In this document: positions 39,217 through 51,521 of the stretch, piece by piece | Position numbering within the stretch: the stretch's first letter is position 1 | How the letters are laid out: every line of letters begins with the position of its first letter | Assembly: GCA_045837725.1 (NCBI GenBank) | Contig: JBEWZL010000239.1 | Coordinates: 62,001 to 126,000 of the forward strand | DNA length: 64,000 nucleotides | DNA from: Vermamoeba vermiformis | Taxonomy: Eukaryota | Reading direction: 5' to 3' | Translations under genes and position numbers: made by a program | The notes under the pieces: generated by a model | Told to the model about the DNA's origin: nothing | What the model saw: only the letters and a program-made list of their open reading frames with translations | Database searches by the model: none

Positions 39217-41623
39217 ATGAGTATTGAAATTGCGTTGCCAGAAGAGATTATCACGCTGATAATCAAATCAATCTCAGATCCTGCAACTGCTGCTCGCTGT
39301 ATCTGCGTCTGTTCTTGTTGGAAATCGACAATTGATCGAGCATCGTTTTGGAGAGTACGTTAATAATATTTACGCATTTTATTCTCACGATGATTCTCGT
39401 GCATTGGTTAATGAACGTCCTTGGGTTAGATAATTTTTAAAATTATTAATTTCTGAAAATCTCCCTCTTCGGCGTATCACTGATGTATTTTTCGCAAAGG
39501 AGCTTTATTATTCGAGTATCATTCCGAAAAAGTTCGAAGTTGCAGGAGATCTCCCTTCAGATCACAGACTCAACACACCATTTTGGAAGAACCGTGTTAT
39601 TCTAACATACGGCATTCAAAAATCTATTAAGCAACGGAAGTAAGTCAAAGTTGCTATCCACAGTTATCGAGAAAAATGAACTAAACCACTTCTGATTTAC
39701 TACTACAGTAGTAGTTAGCTAATATGAGTCTTTAGATGTCTTCCTCGTATTGTCGCCTCGTCCACAACGGCAATTAGCGGAGTTTCCATTCGTGCAAGAA
39801 CGAAATCCTGCAATAAAACTCATTGCGCTATTACTTGGGAGGTTGATAGTCCTTTATACATGTAAGTGGTGGTAAGATCTTACTAAGTAATTAATTTTGT
39901 CCACAGATCATCCGACACTGAATACTTCACGGAAGTAGCGAAGATCGGATCAGATCGTTCTCACGGGTTTGTAAGTCCCTCCAAAATTGGTAGTATTGAT
40001 CAATACTGATTATGTACAGCACAGTAGTGTCGTGCTCCACGGCAATTATGCTCTTTTTTGCGTAAGTCGTTGCTCGATCTGCAGGTGGTCGGTGGAAACT
40101 TTTAGTCAAGCCTAGCAAGATTTAATATTGTTTAACAGGACGTGACACCATATCGCGAAGTGGACTTATCCTCCATTACTGTCGTCAGGTTCAATCCCAG
40201 CACGTACCACGTTGACTTCAACAAACCAAAGCCAGATCCCATTACAATCCCCAATGCGCGCAAAATGGCAAAACGAGTCGAAACACAGTTAAAGTACCTT
40301 GTTATAGCCTCTTATGAAGATGAAAATAAGTACGGCGGTGTATCTACTTGACGCTATTTAGTGACACGTGTCAAATAATCCGCACTAACTTTCCGTTGCA
40401 GTTGCACTGTCAATGTCGTGGATCTCGATAAGCGACAGATAGTCTTCACTGAAGAGTACATGGGCCAATACAAGACGCTTGTCGCTCATGGAACCAAGTT
40501 TGCATTGCTGACGCGTCTTGGTGTCACCGTCGTTGATTTCATTTCCAAACAAATAGTCTTTTCTTCCGAAATTAGCGGAATTGACGCCCTTTTGCTCGAC
40601 GACACGGTACGTTTTTGACTCCTCGGTAAAGAAAACTAACTTATTATCGAACAGCTAGTTTACATTGAATATAAAACGCGATTTGTTACGCAAGTCGACC
40701 TCAGCAGCGGCTTAAGCAAGACCTTTGACGTATGCGACATAACATTTAATTACAAGAAGATAATAACCGGAAGCAGGTCAAAATTGAAGGAAAGATCGAG
40801 GATCAGGAGCGAATTTCACAACTTTTTATGTACCAAGGCCTCTTTGTATTCATAGCGAATGACAAATTCTACTTCTACACTCCTGAGCTCGAACTAGTGG
40901 CTGTACAAAGATTCAGTTTACGGCTGGATTATGTCACGGATGTGGTGACCCTCGTAAGCACCCAGTTAACTGACAAACTGTCAATATTGATAATTGTTAT
41001 CAGGGAAACGGAAATATGGCAATCATACTCTTTAGCGGCTCTGTTCTCGATGTTAGTTTCAATCCGAAAGACACCGAGCAACTCACAGAGTTGGATCTTG
41101 TCGAGCCAAATGGAAACGTTAAGGTATATTTCTCGGATCCGTGAACCGTACAATATTATAATATTATTTTAGAACCATGCATGTCCTGCATCGGACTTGC
41201 TCGAGAGCGTTGGAAAAGTCAATCAACAGGGCGAGCCGGATGTGGTAACGTCTTTGTACTTCCACACGACTGGCCAAAAAAGGTACGGTCAAACATCACT
41301 ATCTAATAATACTTTTATATTAATTGATTAGATATGGCATGTTCTTCCCCATATTCTTGCATAATGATGAGAACAAAGTTGCCGAGAAATTATGTGTGCA
41401 TTCTCGCCATGCACTCGATATGCACGCTCAATATCACGTTCCATTCATACTTATAGGACTCTCTGCTTCACAAACGGTACAACAATACGAAACAGTACTA
41501 TTCGATTCTAAACAAAACCTGAAATTTTACGGTACGATCGGGATCTTCTGCGAGGAGAAAGTTAATGAAGATTGGGTCTTTGTTAAACCCAATACTGATG
41601 AATGGAGGTCACTTATCAAATAA
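39217..41623 (+). CDS. F-box protein, tandem copy 1 (multi-exon)
   Basis: MSIEIALPEEIITLIIKSISDPATAARCICVCSCWKSTI...FWR|ELY is F-box-like (LP.EI...VC..W). The C-terminal region is beta-rich and the exon structure matches copy 2. Confidence 0.75.
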
Positions 41624-41744
41624 TAAATTGCAATTCTTGCCACTCGTCATCAGAGTTTCTTTTTTTTGACAGCACAAGTTCTTTTTTTGAATTTTTGTGC
41701 TGAACCACAACCATATCTATATTTATTTATTTATTTATTCTTGA

Positions 41745-44081
41745 ATGGACGAAGAGATCGTATTACCAGTAGAGATTATTAGGCTGATAGTCCAGTCAAT
41801 CTCAGATCCTGCAACTGCTGCTCGCTGTCTTGGAGTCTGTTCTCGTTGGAAATCATCCATTGATCGAGCATCCTTTTGGAGAGTATGTTAACAATATTTT
41901 CGCATTTTATTCTGAAGATGATTCTACTTGTAATTTATTTAAAAATTAATTTATCGCAAGTTAATGTTACTTAACCATTTTATTTACAAGTAAATGCAAT
42001 GATTATTTTATATTAATAACGATTTATTTTGCGAAAAGGAGCTTTATTATTCGAGCATCGTTCCGAAAAAATTCGAAGTTGCAGGAGATCTCCCTTCAGA
42101 TCACAGACTCAACACACCATTTTGGAAGAACCGTGTTATTCTAACATACGGCATTCAAAAATCTATAAAAAAACAAAAGTAAGAAGCTTATATTCAATAC
42201 TAATTTCTCAACAATACATCATTAACGGATGTGCCTGTAGATGCCTTCCTCGTATCATTGCCTCGACGGTGATTGATGCAAATCGTACTTATCATCACCC
42301 GAGAGTACAATCGTTCAACAAAACTCATTGTGCCATCACTTGGGAGTACGAACGACCGATGGACAGGTGCGTGCATAATACAACATAACAATATTCGCCG
42401 AAAGCTAATTGATGCGCAGGTCAACTGACAACTTGTACCTCTCGGAGTTGATGAAGATCGGAGCGAATATACCTTCGCAGTGTTTCGTGAGTACCTTCTA
42501 TAGTACCATTACTTATAATATATGCGTCTAACGGTATTCGCAGGACTGGGCAACTCTACTACTTCACGGCGACTATGTCTTGTTCTGCGTAAGTGGCACG
42601 TGTAAATGATCTTGTGACATTCAGTAAGCATCGAGACATGCACTAACAATTTGTTTTCAAAGAACGTGACGCCATATCGCAATGCAGATCTGTCTTCGAT
42701 TCGCATTGTCAGGTTCAATCCCAACACTTACCACAATGATCTTGACAAACCAACGCCAGATCCACTTGTCATTTCCAATGCATGCAAGATGGCCAAGCAC
42801 GTGGACAGGCAATCAAAGTACTTTGTCGTTGCTTCCTACGAAGGTGACCAGTGGTATGACACGCGAAAGTGACACGTGTCACTCATACTAATCATGCGTT
42901 ACAGCTGCACTGTTAATGTCGTGGATCTCGATAAGCGACAGATAGTCTTTACTGAAGAGTACAAAGGGAGGTACACGACTGTTGTGGCTTGCGGCACCAA
43001 GTTTGCACTGCTCACCAATCTCGGCGTTATCGTCGTTGATTTCATTTCCAAACAAATAGTCTTTTCATCGAAGGTCAATGCCACTGACGCCTTGTTGTTC
43101 GAAGATACTGTAAGTTCGTTACTACATAAGTGCTTGTGTTTATTGATTGCTGATATCATTAATTCAACTAGATATATATCCTTGAAAAAAAGCGGTCCAT
43201 TATGGAAGTCCAGTTCAGCGGTCATAGGGGAGGCAATAGACGCCGCTTTACAACTACAAAAGCAGTCTCGAAGATTTTTATGTACCAAGGCATGTTCGTG
43301 CTAGTATCTAACTCTCCAGAGACCCATGCACTATACTTCTATACTCCATCATTCGAACAAGTCGCTGAATTCATCTTGCCTCATGAAGACGTCGCGGATG
43401 TGGTGACCCTTGTAAGCACCTCTCGCTTAGTACTCAACTCTGCAATACTAATGTTTGTAGGGCAATGGCAATATGGTGATCACATTCGAAGATGATGGGG
43501 CTGTTTTCAATGTTAGTTTCAATCCGAAAGACACAGAGCAACTCGTCGAGTTGGATCTGGTTGAGCCAAACGGAAATGTTAAGGTTTGTCTTTTCGTAGC
43601 CCCGATAATATAATAACAATATCTTAGAGCCATGTATGCAGTGCATCGGACTTGCTCGAGAGCTTTAGAATGGTCAATCAACAAGGCGAGGCGATGGATG
43701 GGGTAACGTCGTTGTACATCCACACGACTGGCCAAAAAAGGTAAGAAATAATCCTGAACTCGTAGAAATGACATTAAATATTAATGCTTCAGGTATGGCA
43801 TGCTCTTGTCTGTTATCCCGAATCAAGAGGTGCCTCAAACGACCAATGAGATCGCAGAGAAGTTAATTGAGGGTTCGGCGAAAAGACTTAGTATAAGCCC
43901 TCAGTACAAAACGCCATTCAGAAATGTCGGCTTTGCTCCCTTTCAATCGGTACGGCGCTACGGAATCAACCAACCGAAGAGATTCCAAGGTACGATCGGG
44001 ATCTTCTGTGAGCAGAACTTTGGCGAGTGGTTCTTTGTTAAGCCCGATACTAATGAATGGAAGGAGCTTCTCAAGCAATAA
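41745..44081 (+). CDS. F-box protein, tandem copy 2 (multi-exon)
   Basis: MDEEIVLPVEIIRLIVQSISDPATAARCLGVCSRWKSSI...FWR|ELY. Paralogous to 39217-41623 along its length, ending GTIGIFCE..WFFVKPDTNEWKELLKQ*. Confidence 0.75.
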
Positions 44082-44272
44082 ATTGTCATATTCGCACTGA
44101 CTGTTCAATTCGGTGCGAATTTTTCTGGCGACTCCCAAATCTTTCGTTAAAAACTATTCTCTCTCGAAATTATAGCGCATACCACGTCATTAATACGACT
44201 ATAGTAATATTTTGCCACATCTGGTAGCAAGTGATTAAATCAGCGTCAGAAAGAAACCGCTGATCGATCCAG

Positions 44273-46991
44273 ATGGCGTTTTTCAAAAAATTTGGAAGTT
44301 GGGGATCTAAAGAAGGTAATACACCGATATACTCCCTTCTTCTCTAATTTCTTAAATAACGAAAGAATATTTTAATTGAAATTTAAAATTAGATTCAGAA
44401 ACTCTTCAAAATGCAGAGCCTAGCCGACCTTATAATGCTGTCCATAAGGTAAATTTAAATTATTAAATATTATTAAATAAAACTATCGAGTTAATTTTGC
44501 AATAATAGGTCCACGTCAACACAGACTTCAATTGGACGGGTCAAGATCCGCTCGAAATATTTAAATTAGAGAAAAAAGTTGGCGAAGGGTACGCACATTA
44601 TCTACACAAGCCTATATTATAATCATGCAAGTAAATTAAATACTAATTTTATTTATTTGACAGATCTTTTGGAAGTGTTTACAAAGCAGTACATAAAGAC
44701 TTGCCCGGCTTTGTCATCGCAATGAAGTGCATTCAAGTGCTAGACGATGAGAGCAGCGAGGACATTGCTAAAGAAATCAACTTGTTGAAGAAATGTCGAA
44801 ACAATCATATCGTCAATTACTACGGATCTTATTTTAAAGACGGGAAAGTTTGGGTACGCATAGTATTATACTCGTATATGTGTATCATATATCAATAATA
44901 TTTTTAGATTCTGATGGACTACTGTGGAGTTGGATCCATGCGTGACATTATTGAGACCTTAAATAAGCCATTAAATGAAGAACAATTGGCCGTAGTATTG
45001 CGGTAAGCATTCGAATATATTAATTCATTAATGCAATGTCATAAGAAAATATCTGACATCAGTGCGGGATCCACTTTTGACACAGCTTTTTCATGATTAC
45101 ATTAATACTGACACCATTCATTATAGCGGCACTCTTATAGGCTTGGTGTACTTACACACCGCACAAAATATCGTGCATCGTGATCTCAAAGCTGCGAATA
45201 TTTTGTTGAGCGAAGATGCACAGGTCAAAATTGCTGATTTTGGTGTATCGGATCAGATCTACCACACTTTATTGCCCGACGCTTTAGTAGGCACTCCATT
45301 ATGGTACGTACATACTATTTATATAATACTCCTAATCAACCAAAGTTCTATCCGATAAATTTTTATATGACGTGTCAGATGACCTATTGCCGCTACATAT
45401 GATCAGTTCAATATTGAATTCTTTCTGATTTTATTGCCTTTTTAGGATGGCACCGGAGGTCATTAAGAGATCAAAGTACAATTACAAAGCAGACGTGTGG
45501 TCATTGGGAATTACAGCGATTGAAATGGCCGATGGCAGACCACCGCACACTGACATGCATCCACTGCGCGCAATGGTGTTAATTCCAAACAAACCTCCGC
45601 CAACATTAGCAGACCCGTCTAAATGGTCACCAGAGTTGAACGACTTCATCGCCAAGTGTTGCACTAAAGGTACCTCGTGCATTCTACCACGATTATACTA
45701 ATGCTAATCACGTCACTTTAGAATACACAAAGAGACCCAGCGCACAAGATCTTCTTACTGTAAGCTTTAAGCCCTTGAAATTTCGCTATTCTTTTGTCGC
45801 TAAAAATTTGTTATGCAGCACCCGTTCATCATGAAAGCAAAAGATCCCAATATTGTATTGAAGCCACTCATCGCTGAAATGTTAATTGCAAGAATGGTAC
45901 GTGGCATCTCCATTAAAAGATTGCGTGACTCACTCATTTCCTTATTTAGAAGCAAGAAGAAATGGCCGCAAAGACTCCTAGTCCCTCGTACAAATTACAG
46001 TCGCACTCAGCCGTGACATTTATCAACAACAGTCACGCGACTAAACAACGAACCAAAAACAACAAAACAGTCGCCAATCCCATGTCAACCAACGCTAACG
46101 GCACTGCAACCATGAGCGGAACATTTGTCGAGAAATCTAGTGACGCCGATGCGTCTAAGAACAGTGACGATGAAGATGACGAAGATGAAGGCACATTGAT
46201 AATTCGCGGAGATTCCGTTGAATCCATGGGCTACACTGAGACAGCCATAGTCAAAACTACCGTGGAAAAAGACACGCAGAAACGACCGGTCTCGTCGAAG
46301 ATCTCGGAGATTGCTAAGAGCTACGAGAAGCTGCACAATAACAACACTACGAGCAATACTAAGTCCAGTGCTGGCACGAGTAACGGCACATTTGTCGTGA
46401 ATGGCACTGACACGGCCAACAACAACACGTCACCGCGATTGTCGTCTACAACACCACAACAGTCAGTCACCTCGCCGTTTGGAAGCAAACGATTTGAAGG
46501 TACGGCACACGAGAGTAGCTGTCAGCCACGTTATACTAACGTCTTTATCGTGCAGCTATGATGCCTAGAAAAGTGTTCATTGACGCTGGAACACAAACGG
46601 ATCCGGTTAAAACTTCCATGTCAACCGCCCAGTACGTTACAAAATTTATTAGTTTAGTAACATTATTAACACGATTAACTTTAGAATTCTCTCGCTAGTA
46701 GCTATTGTCTTATCAGTTTTACTATCGCTGTCGCTATTATCGATCTATGGCCTAGATCCGTTAGGCAAATCGCTCGGTGGAGCCTATCAGAGCGTGAAAG
46801 ACATTATGACGCACTTCATGAACGATTTATTAGGCACTGGTAATAGCGATCCCATGGTCATTGAACACGGCACAGATGAGTTCTCGCCGAAAGTGTGGCA
46901 AGGAGTGCCGAAACAGCTAGATGTGAGCAGCAAAACTAACGACAAACCTCTTGATGAAGATAAAGGGGGCAGTTGGTGGTCGTGGAGCTAA
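44273..46991 (+). CDS. STE20-family Ser/Thr kinase with an N-terminal CRIB-like motif and a C-terminal transmembrane helix
   Basis: [61 protein letters not shown] and [20 protein letters not shown]. The final exon carries [23 protein letters not shown]. Confidence 0.9.
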
Positions 46992-47606
46992 AAATGAACG
47001 ATTATTCACTTTTGTAAATAAAACAAGCAATAGAATATTGTATCATCTTCATCTGACGGCCAATTTCGGGCATTTTTATCCGCTATTCAAAGAGTGCCTC
47101 CACGCAAGATATATAATGGGCCTGAAAACTATGGTTGGGACCACTTAGGAAGGTACAACTTTGTTCGGAGATAGGAAAATCAATAAAAATAAGCAGAATA
47201 GTACCCTAATGATAAGCAAAATAACCAATAACGCTCAAATTGCATCCGCGTGTTAATCGAATAAGACATAATTTGGTTATTATTTTGGATCCGAAAGAGA
47301 TCCGTTAGATCCGAGTTAATCGACTTTGTTTGCTCACGAGCGCCTATCCTTAAATATCTATCGGTTAGAATATCTCAATAACAATCGGTTGATAACGAAT
47401 TGTTTACTAACCTACAACGTTAGCTTGCTTTGTCCAACGTATTTTTTTTTTGCAACGTGACATGAATACCACATATGCCTTGTAACATATCGTAGCTTTA
47501 GATGTCATTCTAATACATTATTGAAGATAATTTTGGAATAAATTTGACCAAGATTTGAATTCTGAGAGAAGCAAGAAAAGTTTTGAAGCGCAAACTAAAT
47601 CTGATC

Positions 47607-48839
47607 ATGAACTCTTCAAACTCGTGGAGCCCGGCAGTAACCCCCGAAGATGGTAAGTGTATTGTACTATAATAACATGATTAATAGAGTTGCAATCAAC
47701 CTTGATATTAATTAATTGCAGTGCTCGCGGAAACTCAACGGAATCAGTTGATAGAAGAGCTGAGATCTGCGGTTAGAGATATTATAGGAAGTATCCTATT
47801 TAAGCCTGATATAGTTATTGAGGATAGTCCAATGACCGTTGCGTTATGTTGAGTATCGAACGGATATTGCTCTATCATCTCCAAGGTAAGCGCAGAGTCG
47901 ATTCAAATCGTAACTTTACTATTATACGATGAAACTCCTATTACTCCGTACTTTACTCGAGAATTCTCTGTTTCAATTTTTCACTCCTAGATTCAACAAA
48001 TTTTCAATCTGAATCCGAAACCCAATTTTAACGATTTACTTCTTTAGTCCCACCCACGGCACTATTGCCGCACCTTATCGATAGTTCAACTCCTAAGCCA
48101 GTCAATACGCTCACGGTCAGGTATGAACGGATTTAAATTTACCTCGTTCGATCCCAGCAAAATTTCCGTTCCCTTACTGGGCATTACTTAAATTCAAATC
48201 CCAGGATTACACTTGCGCTTATGCTTGCCCGTTTCGCGTTTAGCTTACATTAGTCGTGCCAATCTTTGATTGCCGTACGGATTCGTAATCACGATCGCGA
48301 TCAAGATTTAAAGCGCTAGATCTTCAATTCAATTCATAGTTTGCACGCGCTCGCATAACGAGATACTTCGTTCATTAATTACGATTCGCTAAACATTGCG
48401 TAAAACGCACAAATCCGGTTTTATTTTATGGGTCTGATTGACTCTGCTTTCGATTTCAGGAATTGGATAGTATTTGCACTCAACAATAAGACTTTAGTGC
48501 CGGCAGTTACGAGCGTAAACAAGCTGTTGGCAAGCGATCGGATCGTGGACAGGTGCGTGTATCCATTCAGCCGATATACTTTACTTACTCGAGTTAAAAT
48601 TTAGGCCGTACGATAGCAAAGCAATACTCAGCAACGAAGAATGTGCTCAATTGTTAGTCTCATTGCTATCAGGGTTGTCATGTATCAACTTCAAGTTATC
48701 GGATCTTGCCGTGGAGGAACAACTAGAAAGTAAGCAAGCGGATCAAAAGGAAGCAGATGCGAAAGTTGAGGATAAACCCAGAGAGATACCCACAAAGAAA
48801 CATAAGAAGCGGACAAATATAATTATCTTGGATCAATAA
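47607..48839 (+). pseudogene. RUN-domain protein gene with an in-frame TGA/frameshift in exon 2
   Basis: Exon 2 QLIEELRSAVRDII...TVALC hits TGA at 47850-47852. Adding one T restores LCLSIERILLYHLQ. Late exons RNWIVFALNNKTL and PYDSKAILSNEECAQLLVSLLSGLSCINFKL are RUN-like. The middle exons could not be resolved. Confidence 0.55.
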
Positions 48840-49140
48840 TGAATCGCGTGCAGCGTATTCGGATATTGTAGGCTAGAATTCAGGTTAGCACCAAGTATAG
48901 TAACTTGGTAATCCCGTTCACCACAGAAATTTGCCAACAAATTCAGAAAATTGAGTCAATTTCGAGTTTGAGCCAATCAGTAGAGGCATTGCGATATTTG
49001 AATCAAAAAAATTGAAATTTATTAACTCAAAATTGGATGCGTGGATTCAGCCGCGCTAATGAAGAGAAGAATATGAGTACAAATAGGAGAATAATGACAA
49101 GGCTAGACAAGTAGATTGATTAGATTACGAAGGAGCACAA

Positions 49141-49381
49141 AAAAATCTCGCGTCACTGTTTTTAGCATTTCCATAAATAGAAAAACACAAAACACGTGAT
49201 TTTACCAAAGATAGAAAACATAAAATTGATAAAGGAACTGACCAATGGCGTGCATTTTAAAGGATAAAATTGACGCAATCCCAAGAAAACAACAAAATTG
49301 AAAAAACCTTGTTTGTTGTTTTTTTCATTCAATCTTAATTTATCTTCAAGTCGAGGACCTTGGGCAAGGCACTTTACATTG
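49141..49381 (+). repeat. 241-bp direct repeat, copy A (upstream of the Myb gene)
   Basis: Aligns without gaps to 55581-55821 with 5 substitutions (by-eye comparison). Contains CACGTG, CCAAT and TGACGC. Confidence 0.95.
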
Positions 49382-49487
49382 GTCAATCAGTGTTGTAGTT
49401 GTTTTCCCTTGTTCAATTTTCCTCACTTCGATCGACAGCACTCCAGCTTGTTTTAGATTTTAATACCCCGACGACTTCCATCTTAAA

Positions 49488-51280
49488 ATGCCTCCATCAA
49501 AGCGTTCAAAGCACAGACGTATGGGCTCTAACACTTCTACGGAAGAGGTAATTCATTTTGCTGCTTTGCAAGACATTTTTCACGAGTCAATCCTCTATGG
49601 CGCCAATTTCAGCGATTAAATTGTACTCTCGATTATATTTTGTCGCAATCTTGAAATCAATATATTTTCACACTCATAATTGCCATTATTATCGCATAAA
49701 GAAGCGTATAAGCGCTGGCCCGGAGGATTGACTTTCTTACAATTTCACAAACACAAATACGCAATAAAAATCAATGGCAACTTTACCATTGAATCAATAT
49801 TGGCCATCAATAATAATACGGGCGCTTATTTAATTATAATAATTAAAGCTTTCGGACCTTCGCGCGCTAAAATTAGAGACTAACGTATGATCTTACAGAA
49901 GAGTGACTTCGAAGCTCGCATGAAGATCCCTGCCGAGCTTGTTAAGGGTCCTTGGAAGAAGCAAGTAAGTGAAAGCAACTTTTTGCAATCCCATCTTTGC
50001 TTGTTTGGATTTTCTCGTGTTTGCCAGAAGTCGTTAGAAATTTTGAATTGACGAATATTATTAATAGGAGGATGAATTGCTTGCTTCTCTCGTGGAGGAA
50101 CACGGTCCTAAGGATTGGTCAAAGATCGCAAACAAGATGGCGCAGTTGGGTCATGTTAGAATGGGAAAACAATGCCGAGAGAGGTAAGTTTTTAATACAA
50201 TACATTTACGTGACCAACCGACAAGCATTTGCCCGTACTTTTTCGGGTCTGATCCTCCGATGAACCTAACTAATTTTGGCGAATCCTTTTCAGATGGTTC
50301 AATCATTTGAGTCCCGAAGTCCGTAAAGAAGCTTGGACCTCTGAAGAAGACCGAGTTATTATCGAGTCTCACCGCCAGTTGGGCAACAAGTGGACTGCTA
50401 TTTCACGCCTCCTCAATGGCCGTCCTGCCAACGCGATCAAAAACCACTGGAATTCTACTTTGAAGCGCCAAGTTCAATTCGGCGCTGAAATTGGCTCCGG
50501 CAGCCCTAGACCCGGCAAGAGACAACGCGCCACTGTCGGTCACCAGTCCCGAAAGAAGAGAAGACTCGACGTCTCTAGCTATGAGTCCGGTAAGTCCCGA
50601 AAGCGCATTTTTGATATTTTATTTGCTCCTGGCGGCGAGGCATGCATTATTCAATTTCGCGGGTCTATCCTTAGTTACTCGCACTTGTCAAGCGGCTGTC
50701 AGGAGTTTATACAAAGAATCTTTTTTAAATTTTACAAATCATGAAATTTCGCGTAACAGAATTATTGCAATGTTTTCAATTCTGGCGATTTATCTCCCTG
50801 TATCTCCAAGCTAATATTTTGTTAGATGAGGACTTCGATTCTACTAGCGATGAGATGGACGACGACGATTCTGAATTGGTCACATACGAGAGCCGAAATG
50901 AAGATCAAGATCAGGTCAGGGAAGATCAGCGCACCTTTGCTACTTCCCCCGCTGAAGTGGTTGTTCAAACCGCTGCCAGCGAGAGCGAAGACGAGACGCG
51001 CGCTCACGGTTCCGTTGCTTCTCATGATCCTCTTGCTATGGACACAACGAACCCCGTGTGGAACATCGATCTTATGCACCACAACGATTACGACTCTATG
51101 CAAGTTACACAAAGCTTCCAATATCAACAACCTCAATCATATAACAACTACAACGGATTTAATACAGCGGTTTACCCCGTGATGAATGAGTTCCACGATC
51201 ATCACGATCAGCGACAGGCTGGCAGCTTCAACACGTACTGGGACCCTTTTGAATTCGGAAGTGCCTCGTACAACGCCTAA
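49488..51280 (+). CDS. R2R3-type Myb transcription factor (5 exons)
   Basis: LVKGPWKKQ|EDELLASLVEEHGPKDWSKIA...RMGKQCRER|WFNHLSPEVRKEAWTSEEDRVII..HRQLGNKWTAISRLLNGRPANAIKNHWNSTLKR, NLS RKKRR and an acidic C-terminus. Confidence 0.93.
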
Positions 51281-51521
51281 ATAGGTGAAAGGAAGGTGAT
51301 CGGAGTTTACTCTGGTCTTCTTGTTTTCTCCTTTGTAATTATTCCCTGTATTTATTTCACGAACGAATGTAAAGTGTAAAGTTAATGTAATTAATTTCTT
51401 TGTTAATAAAACAAACCGCGGTTTCTAATATAAACACTTTGTACATCTTTTATTTACATGAGTATCTTTGACTCCTCGCTCCTCACACAGTTTCAATATC
51501 AATTTCGCGGTCGAATTTTCG

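Noticed and set aside
47281-47320. Three closely spaced GATCCG motifs in intergenic DNA
   Set aside because: RGATCY looks generally common in non-coding DNA here; significance cannot be judged without genome-wide counts.
47850-47852. In-frame TGA as selenocysteine or stop-codon reassignment
   Set aside because: The RUN-like sequence continues in a different frame, so a 1-nt indel explains it better than readthrough.
49162-49386. Short ORFs within the 241-bp repeat copies (also 55393-55648)
   Set aside because: They are low-complexity AT-rich translations that are not conserved as ORFs between the copies.
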